Of a stretch of 64,000 nt of DNA, positions 54,069-64,000 are shown one piece after another. The DNA lies in the NCBI RefSeq assembly GCF_006345805.1, contig NC_043019.1, positions 7,687,360 to 7,751,359 of the forward strand, read 5' to 3'. Each line of letters opens with the position of its first letter. Positions within the stretch are counted from its first letter, which is position 1. The notes below the pieces were generated by a model. The model was given only the letters and a program-made list of their open reading frames with translations, did not search any database and had not been told where the DNA came from. The stretch comes from Octopus sinensis (lineage: Eukaryota). The position numbers were made by a program, and so were the translations under genes.

Positions 54069-55869
54069 ACACACACACACACACACATACATACATACAT
54101 ACATACATACATACATACATACACACACATGCATTTAGCGCATATATGTTAATACCAATATGTGTTTCTCTGCGTGAGTGTGTTTGCGTGCGCCTGGTCG
54201 AGTGTGTATCTGTCTGTATCTGTTTGCGCGTGTCTGTGTAGATGTGTTTGCATGCATTTATGAAATGCCAGAGGTCGTTCAATACGTTGTATCTGCAACT
54301 GACAAGCACTGATCAGGATTTCAAGTAATTTACATGTCAGCTATTCACTGGAAGCCATATGCAGACTCGACAGATGACAATAGCGCCATCGACGACAGCA
54401 ACGCGAACGACGATGAGCGCGATGCTAATATAAGGAAGCTGTAGGCTTGAGTATATTATATAATACGCATCCAACACCATTTGATTTGCAGCGAATATAT
54501 AAAAGGCCAGGCATGTTAAGAGTGAATTGCTAATATATTCCCGTTTTGCATTAATTATTCATTATCCTTTTGTGCATCTACGAAATTCCGCCTAATGTAA
54601 TATGATGTGATGTAATGTAATGTGATGCGATATTAGATGATATTAGACGGCCTGCTATAATACCAGCAACAATTTGAGCCTGAAATCAATACTGATAGCA
54701 TTTGAATCACACAGTCTGTTGACAGCTCGAAGAATTCCGATTTTCTAAGAAGCGAGACGCGAAAAATCGCCGCTGGAGACTTGAACTTTAAGAGAAAGAC
54801 AGAGAGTTAAGCAAACGAAATGATTATAAAATCTGAAACGAAAGTCTTCAATTATGGTCGGACAGAGGCTATTCGATATTGGCAGCGAAAATATGAAATG
54901 TTTGTGATGCTTCCATTAAATGTAAAACTTTGTTAATATGTCGATGTCTTTCTTTTCGTGTGATGTGTGTTTTGGTTACTTCACTCTTTAATGATAACTG
55001 CACTTTAACCTCGAAGCTGTCTCTTTGACTGGAAACTCTTTAATTTTCAACTCAAACTGTTCGGCGATTTAAGGAGACTCTATTATCTTCACCCGGGAGC
55101 ATATCTCGAGACAATCACCCCAGCGACCCTACTTCACAAGCTCTTATAGAGGATCGAATTTTGTTCGTTCGACCAGTTTTCCAGCCACGCCCAACCCAGC
55201 AACTCGTCGTGTTTTTTCTTATTTTTTTTTTACTAAAATGTATACAGGCGTGTGTTCTACTGTATGTCATTACTTTTTCTAAATTTTTTAATTTTTAATT
55301 TGCAATTTTTCACAAAGTGAAGAATGATATTTGGAGGCAGATAATTTACTGATTAGTCTAAGACGTCTGGTGACCTCATGGATGCTTCTTCGACTCAAAA
55401 CCATTTTCGATGTCGTGAGTTACAACGACGACCGAAGCATACTTAAAATGATTTTAAATGGAAAATTACTAAAACAATTAAATATTTGCTTTTTTTTTAA
55501 ATATTTGGTAACTACGAGTCTCCTCAATCACTGTATTGTCTTTTATTTTTGAAGAAAAAATATAATTCAACATAAGTTGACGAGTAACTATTAATTTAAC
55601 TTCCAAAATCTTCTACGTAGTAACGAGCTAGGTGTGTTACAGTAACAATGAAAGCGTTATCCCACCGCTCCGTATGCGAGAAATAGCAGCCATGTTTCCT
55701 TAAAATGAAAACACTGCGTCTTAAAATTAAAAGTACTTTTTAAATAATATGCATGAAGACCCACAATGGCTGAAATTAAGATCATGACCTAAACATTATA
55801 ATTATCGTTATGCTAAGCAAGGTCAGAATCGGTAACAAACCATTTCTGCCATTGGCACAAGGCCTAAAA

Positions 55870-56150
55870 TTTGAAGGTACAGTGGGCGGAGTCGATCACA
55901 TCGAGTTCGATACTTCAATCGTTCTTATTTTATTGACCTCGAAAAGATGACAGACAAAGTCGACCTCTGCGAAATTTGAACTCGGAACGTACAGGCAGAC
56001 GAAATACCTATTTCTTTACTACCCACAAGGGGCTAAACACAGAGAGGACAAACAAGGACAGACAAACGGATTAAGTCGATTATATAGAACCAGTGCGTAA
56101 CTGGTACTTATTTAATTGACCCCGAAAGGATTATATCGACCCCAGTGCGA
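55870..56150 (-). mobile_element. Family-2 SINE copies
   Basis: Near-identical to 16850-16990 over the TTTCTTTACTACCCACAAGGGGCTAAACAC segment. Confidence 0.8.
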
Positions 56151-56512
56151 GTTGGTAAAAACGTAGGCATCAGGGTCACAATATTTCGCAGCATTTTGTC
56201 TGTCTGTGAGTTTTGCACTCAATCACCGCAGAGGTCGATTTTACGTTTCATCCCTTCGGGGTCGAGAAAAAGGTACGTATAAGTCGAGCACTGGGGTTCA
56301 TGTAATCGACTTAACCCCCTGTCGAAGAAATTGTCCGAAAATTATTTCTAATATTTTTAGGACGTATGGCAAGGAGCGAGCCGTATTCTGTCACCACGCA
56401 GTCATCTGTCTCCAGGCAGGATTTGAGCACAGTCTCGACTGTCCGAATTGAGCCTAAATCCCCGTTGAAAGCCATCGGGTTGAATTAAGGCCTACAAACG
56501 CAGTCTGAATAC

Positions 56513-56798
56513 TTGCTTTGTTGCTTCTTGCTGGCCATGGTTTCGTAGTCTCCATTGCAGTTGTCCCATGTTACATTTTCTGCCTTAACAATATTCATTG
56601 AGCATTGAGCAAGAGTCTCGATGTCAGCGTTTTTTTCTTTTCCTTTTTATTCGGCCCAAATCACCATAATACTGGCAAATCTTTTCCAAAATTGAGATGG
56701 CTTCCATTCCACCGTATCAGAGAGGTTTTTCTCAACAATGATTTTAATGCTTATCCTCTCGAGCGCCGTTGATTCTTCACCAATAGATCTAGATGTTT
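56513..56798 (-). pseudogene. Possible death-domain (pseudo)exon with one in-frame stop
   Basis: Strong acceptor TTTTCTGTTCCTTTTTTTCAG and weak donor GTATTC; frame TSRSIGEESTALERISIKIIVEKNLSDTVE...IMVIWAE*KGKEKNADIETLAQCSMNIVKAE; TAA at 56647-56649. Confidence 0.35.
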
Positions 56799-57329
56799 CT
56801 GAAAAAAAGGAACAGAAAAATTGGTGACATAAATAATCATCAACTTTCGGGATAGCGTTGCATAAATATGCATAATGTATTTGACGTAAATAGCTGGGGT
56901 GTAACGTAAGTGAGGCGAAAATACTGATATTGCAATGTCTTCTGTGGTAGTATGATAGAGATCCTCACAGTGCCGCGTAGCTTGGAGAATATAGGCTCAT
57001 AGTGGCGGAAAGTGCTGTAGCATAGTGTCATGACAAGAAATATATTTTCTTTAATATAAGGCTTGGTGTAGTTCCAATATAACCATTGTAGTGTGGACAA
57101 TATGCGCTTAGATTGGTGCAAAGTGCTGTAGCATAGTCTCATGACAAGGATCTTTTTCTTTAATATAGACCTTGGAGTAGTTCCAATATAATAATTGTTC
57201 CATATTCTATGGCAGTGCATTTTAGCGCATAGTAAAGCGCCGTTTCGATGCCTCTTGTGACAAGAAAGACCTTAAAATTCTAAAAGCAATGAAAAAAACA
57301 ACACAACTAAACCTACATCTACTTCACAA

Positions 57330-57416
57330 GCAACAACTGTTTTCTACTAGCTCCACCACCACCACCACCATTACTACTACTACTACTAATACTACTACTG
57401 CTGCTGTTGTTGTTGA

Positions 57417-57449
<33 letters not shown>

Positions 57450-57623
57450 CACTACTACTACTACTACTCCTACTATTACTACTACTACTGCTACTAATCC
57501 TACTGCTGCTGCCACTACTAGTACTACTACCGCTACTACTACTACTACTAATAATAATAATACTGCTACTACCACTTCTACTGCTGCTGCTGCTACTACT
57601 ACTACTACTACTACCACTACTAC

Positions 57624-57663
<40 letters not shown>

Positions 57664-57972
57664 GTGGCTGCTGCTGCTTCTGTATGTTTTCACCTGCAAG
57701 CATAACTACAAATATAACATTTAGCAGATGCAATAATAATATTACAAATACAAACACTAAAGATAGCAATAACACCAACACCGCCAGTGCCACCCCCACT
57801 GTCACTACAGCCATAATCACCACCACCACCACCGCCACCAACGCCAACAACAAAATCAATAATAATGCTAAACATAACATTAATGATGATGATGATGATG
57901 ATGATGATGATAATAATAATAATAATAATAATGATAATAATAATAATGATGATGATGATGATAATAATAATA

Positions 57973-58021
<49 letters not shown>

Positions 58022-58080
58022 TGATGAGGATGATGATGATAATAATAATAATAATAATAATAATGATGATGATGATGATG

Positions 58081-58169
<89 letters not shown>

Positions 58170-58244
58170 AATAATAATAATAATAATACTGCTACTACTA
58201 CTACTACTACTACACTACTACTACTACTAATAATAATAATAATA

Positions 58245-58310
<66 letters not shown>
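57330..58310. repeat. ~1-kb compound trinucleotide array (ACT/AAC/GAT/AAT); similar blocks at 31200-31430, 34501-34825, 42718-42900 and 44950-45400
   Basis: Direct reading; explains the poly-T/N/D/H ORFs in the track. Confidence 0.95.
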
Positions 58311-58312
<2 letters not shown>

Positions 58313-58733
58313 CAACGCTGACACAAACAGGAGGAGAAAAAAAAACCGAGCCTGTAAGGCGAACATAGCAAGCGATTAATAGAGTTAAAATGGCAGCGAG
58401 GAGAAAAATAGTGGAGACATGGTGAAGCTAATAGTGAAAAATCGATATATATTTCATTTTCTTTTTGTGTAAGAGGGAAGAATCTGGAAGACTATTCCTC
58501 AAAGGAATATTCTTGAATGCAGAAATCGATAAAGAAATTCTTGTTTCCAACAGTTGATGGAATTTGTGGTGGTGGTGATGGTGGTGTTGGTGGTGGTGGT
58601 GGTTAAATTTTTTTTTTTTTTAATGTGACGAGACGGGTTAGTTTCCGGTGTACTTTGGAATCGAATGAGTTGAATGGAGTATGCTGAGGGTGATTTAGAG
58701 AATTCGAAAGGAGTGAATAAAGAGAAATAGATG

Positions 58734-58771
<38 letters not shown>

Positions 58772-59875
58772 GTGAGATGGTGTGAGAGAGAGAGAGAGAG
58801 AGAGAGAGATTGAGAGTGAGAGAGAGTGTGACATGGTGGGAGAGAGTAAGAACAAGGGTGTGAGAGAGTGAAGGACAGAGGAGAGCAAACACGGAGTTAA
58901 GGTGGAAAATGGGAATGAAAGAGCGAAACCATATATATATGTATATATATATATGTATATATATATGTATATATATGTATATATATATGTATATACATGT
59001 ATATATATATGTATATATATCTGTATATATATATGTGTATATATATGTACATATATATATATATATCTAGATAATATATAATATATATATATATATATGT
59101 ATATAATATATATATATATATATATGTATTATATATATATATATTATATATATATATATAATATATATATATATATATACATATATATATAAATGAAAGG
59201 AGGTGAGGTATAGAACTGTATAAGATGAAAACGAGGGGGATCAGAAAGAGGAGAATAAACGGATAGGAGAAAAAGCGAGAGAGACAGAGAGAGGGAGAGA
59301 GAGAGAATGAGATAAAGGGTAAGATAATATTGGGCGGCTGTTTTGTCGTGTGGCTTTGGGGGAGAGGCTGATAATGGTTGGAGACGGAAAGTGTAGAAAA
59401 GATGGTTGAAATAAAGTTAAACATACACACACAGTTGTGTATGTAAGCAGATGTGCCGTTGTGCATATATACGCGCACATGTGAATGTGTCTGCGTCTGT
59501 GTGTGTGTGTGTGTGCCTGAGTACTGTGTGTGTGTGTGTGCCTGAGTACTGTGTGTGTGTGAGAGAGAGCACGCGTGTGTGCGTATTCTCGTAGAGAGAC
59601 GCATCGATGTACACGAAACACAAATCGAAACACAAAATTCCATATACACATTCGTCCAGATATACAAAAGCGCCATATGTATGTACACTCATATACATAG
59701 ACACAAGCTCACATACACACTCACACACAACACACGCACACACAAAACTCACAAACAAGCACACATAGAGACACCTATAAATCCATAGGTATATGAATGC
59801 ATACAGGTACATATTTATATACTTATACACATAAATATATACCTACATATATATATTTATATAAATGTATAAATA

Positions 59876-59951
<76 letters not shown>

Positions 59952-60493
59952 TTACACACGCACACATGGGTACATAGACACACACATGCGCAAACCACCT
60001 ACATATGTATGTTGGAGTATTCAAGTTCGCTTCTCCTCTTCTCTCATGTTTGTGTACCGGACTACCGTAAGAAAAACATGCAAGAATGGACTCGATCGTA
60101 GTCTAGAATGAAAATATTTATATTTTCAGACAACAAATATCGATAACAAATATGTAATACGTGTTTGCATGTGTGCGCATGTGTCTGTGTACTTGCGCGT
60201 ATAAGTTTGTACATGCATGTGTGAATATGTATATATATATATATGTGTGTGTACATATACACAATTCTGTTTGTATGCATTGGAAAGCTAGACAGACAAT
60301 AGGTGAGAGGCGAAGCTGGTGTTCGTATATGGGACGTTATAGATTACTTAGAATGCGACAGATAGAAGGAAGTGGGAGGAAAGACAAACACTGAGGTAGG
60401 AGTGAAGTAGAGGATGAGTAAAAAAAAGTAGCAGGGGAGTTGCACAGCAAATTAAACGAATGAGTTGATGAGTGCAAGCTTGGAAGAGAGACT

Positions 60494-60529
<36 letters not shown>

Positions 60530-61158
60530 AAGAGAGATATAGAATGTTAGAGAGAAAAAGGAGAGAAAATGGAAAGGGAGAAAGATGGAGAGAGGGAGGA
60601 GGAAGTAGAGCTGTGGGAAGAGAGACAAATAATGAATATTGGCAGTGTGTCGAAGACACACGGACAGACGTATTGTTGAAAATCCTTGAGGTATTTGATT
60701 GAGATGGTATTTAATTAATTAATTAATTACATAGTTTTAATTATATGGTAATTCCCTAATGCCCCATGGTGGGATGTACATTACTTGTGGCTAGAGAGAG
60801 TTGCAGATGTATATTTCAATGAAGTGTATTAGCGTTGAAGTTGTTGTTCGTGCTATTTGCGACGGTAGTGTTAATGATGGTGATGATGATGATGATGATG
60901 ATGACGACGGCGATAATGAGGACGGGGATGAAGATGGTGACGATGATGGTGATGATTATGAGGAGAGCGATGCTGATGATTATAATGGTAAGCAAATGAA
61001 GCCAGTGGTGATTTTAGTAATCAGCTCAAACCAGAGTCGGTGCCCCTAGTGGTTAGTTTAATGAGGTGGTAAGACACGCAGGGCTGAGATGGGGAACGGT
61101 GGTGGGGTGGGGGGCATACGAAGGGAGAGCTAAGGATGGGCAGTTGATACACATACAT

Positions 61159-61234
<76 letters not shown>

Positions 61235-61540
61235 TAGAAATGTAGATAATGGTGGTGCTGATGTTAATCGCGATGATGATGATGATGATGATGATGGTGA
61301 TAGTGATGGACGTGAGAGTAATTGTAGCCGTAGTACATATAGATGCTATTGTTATGTTAAGGAATTTATACATACACACATACAAGCATATACATGCAGT
61401 ATATACAGGATTGCTTGTGTGTGTGAGTGCCTGTGTGTGTGTGTGTCTGTGTGTGTGAGTGTGTGTGAGTGTGTGTGTTCGAGTGCGTGTTCATAGGTAT
61501 ATATGTGTGTGATCATTTATATATGTACATATATATATAT

Positions 61541-61593
<53 letters not shown>

Positions 61594-61665
61594 GTAAATA
61601 GATATAGAGACAGTCTGAGATAGATAGATAGACAGACAAATAGATAGATAGATAGATAGATAGAT

Positions 61666-61723
<58 letters not shown>

Positions 61724-61867
61724 AAGATAGATATATATGGAGATATATAAATGGATATGGATATGTAGAATTTGTAGATGAAAATGTTGTTGTTTGCCGG
61801 TGGTTAAATTTGAAGATTGGGGCTGTTAGCTTTATTGTTGCTGGTAACGGTGCTGCAACTGTGGCTG

Positions 61868-61957
<90 letters not shown>

Positions 61958-62408
61958 TGCGCATGTGTGAGTGCGTTTGTGTCAGTGTTTCTATTTGTTG
62001 GTTGTGTGAAACAGACTCCTATGCATACATACTGAATCGAAAGTTTCTGCATAGAATTTCAGTGTCGGTGTTAATGTTGAAGACGGTGTTTGTCTGTGTG
62101 TGAATTTTGAGGGGAGAAATAATGAGATTGCGGATATAATGAAAGTAGCTATTAACGAATAGGATAATATCATTGATTGGGGTCTCTATTGTGAGCTCCA
62201 TACACATGCGCACACACAGGCATCAAGGTATAGAACATTGTACAAACTAGCACACAGGCTTTCATATATATACACATGTGTAAGAGTGCGTATTCGTCTT
62301 TGTGCAAGAGAGACGCGCGAAGTAGGTTTGCGATTAATATTATGTATCTATATGTGTATGTGTGTGTGTATACATATATGAGTATATATACATATATATG
62401 AATATATA

Positions 62409-62563
<155 letters not shown>

Positions 62564-63156
62564 CAATGTTTGAGGTGATGATGGCGATGGTGAAAGCGTG
62601 AGGCGATTCTTGACACACTCATATGCTCACATACACCCACACACCGCTCCACACCCACACACGTCTTTGTTTTTTCATTAAGTCATAGCTTTCAATACAT
62701 CAGAGAATTATGAATTTTTCGTATTCATCATCGTGGCAACAACGCTAGTTTCATGTTTAAGAGAAAGTCATTTGAGTGTTGCAGAATGGAAGCCGCCCAA
62801 GTGAGACACGCGTAGAGACATAATTACTAATGGAGATTGGACACATGATATGTAAGAAAATCAAAAAGTCAGAATCTCCAACAATATTCTACAGAGCAGG
62901 AGAGGGTAACTCATGGCCATGAACATCAATGCCGTACAGGCCACTGGAATGGAGTCGTGTTGATCCCCCCACTATTTGTCAAAATTTCTCCCAATCTGTA
63001 ATTCCATTCTTTTCTATTGTTTTCTTTCATCTCAATTCTGCCAGTAGCAAGTTATTTTCGAGAAACAAGTTTTTACATTCGAATGGATGCTTTCTTTCCA
63101 AAGCGTAGTCCATATTTAAACAAAAGATGTGCCACTTTGTTTAATATGCTTATACG

Positions 63157-63189
63157 GATCAACGAGATTCCCACTGTCCCTATCTACTG

Positions 63190-63224
<35 letters not shown>

Positions 63225-63430
63225 CGGATCGGCGGGGAAAGAAGACCCTGTTCAGCTTGACTCTAGTCCGGTTTTGTGAGGGCACACGGTAGGCGTAGCA
63301 TAGGCGGTAGCATTCGCGTTGCCCCGCGCCGGGCGCTGCCGTCACCGGCGGCGCGCTGGCGTGCTGTTCGTTGTCCGCCGTCGCCTCGCGCGGCGGTCGG
63401 TCTCGTCGGTGCGCCGTGGGCGCCGTCGGC
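63157..63430 (+). pseudogene. Retroposed 28S rRNA fragment (conserved core plus GC-rich expansion segment)
   Basis: GATCAACGAGATTCCCACTGTCCCTATCTAC...GCGAAACCACAGCCAAGGGAACGGGCTTGG...GGGGAAAGAAGACCCTGTT.AGCTTGACTCTAGT; flanked by TATGCTTATACG (63145-63156) and TAAGCTTATACG (63431-63442). Confidence 0.9.
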
Positions 63431-64000
63431 TAAGCTTATACGTACTGGTGCATGTTTTGTTGTCGCTGATTGTAATGTCTGAATATATTTGATATGTACC
63501 TGCATTCATTCATTTCGGTTACTCAGTTGTGTTGGTTTTGTTGCTTTTATTATTATAATCATTATGGAATGCACAGGTGGGGATTGTTAATTAAGTCTGA
63601 AACTAATTAATGCTTATGCGAGTGAAATGATAATTCGTGTTGTTATGGTTCTTGTGGTAAAGCACAACAGATTCTTCATTCTGCTGTCTATTCTATTTGA
63701 TCCTTTTGTATAAGACTGTATATTAGATGCTTAAGCCGATGTGCATTAGTGACCAACTAAATTTCGTTGACGCCTTAATATTTGATTCTTAGTATATCAG
63801 GAGTCCATTTGCTGTAGCCAAACTTTATGAATTTCGTTTCATATTCGTCAAAAACACGACCGGCACAACTGGGCGACTTTCTTATACCATATGCAGGTTC
63901 ATGTTTTTTGGATGCCCACACGGAGCTTGCATGCATCGCTTAAAATGATTTTACTTAATCATTTCAGCAAATATACATTTATCTCTGCAACCTTAACACC

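Noticed and set aside
54780-54852. TTGAA-CTTTAAGA...GAAACGAAAGTC-TTCAA
   Set aside because: Core is degenerate and stem II is absent; compatible with chance.

Overview
AT-rich, repeat-saturated eukaryotic DNA with one 100-N scaffold gap (34401-34500). It is most likely octopus/coleoid cephalopod; this is an inference from recalled SINE consensus sequences and the extreme (TA)n/(TATC)n/trinucleotide microsatellite density. I find no intact protein-coding gene, and most of the ORF track is translated microsatellite. The window is a mosaic of tRNA-derived SINEs, decayed LINEs (RTE-like, L1/Tx1-like, R4/Dong-like), Penelope-like element (PLE) remnants, a non-autonomous Helitron, a Tc1/mariner end, a retroposed 28S rRNA fragment with a target-site duplication and one possible death-domain pseudo-exon. 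The standout is a set of type I hammerhead ribozymes (HHRs). At 5051-6915 a non-coding 475-bp unit is repeated in tandem and then folded back as an ~870-bp-arm palindrome between two (TA)n tracts, with four near-complete HHRs (two per strand, pointing outward) that would release 475-nt monomers, as in retrozymes. Further HHR families lie at 8969-9213, 14863-14928, 24986-25030, 32037-32073 and 38464-38508 (intact minimal HHR). Nearly all end their RNA 3' side at a (TA)n tract, and three loci share a head-to-head inverted architecture. All ribozyme and protein calls were made by eye, without folding software or database searches.
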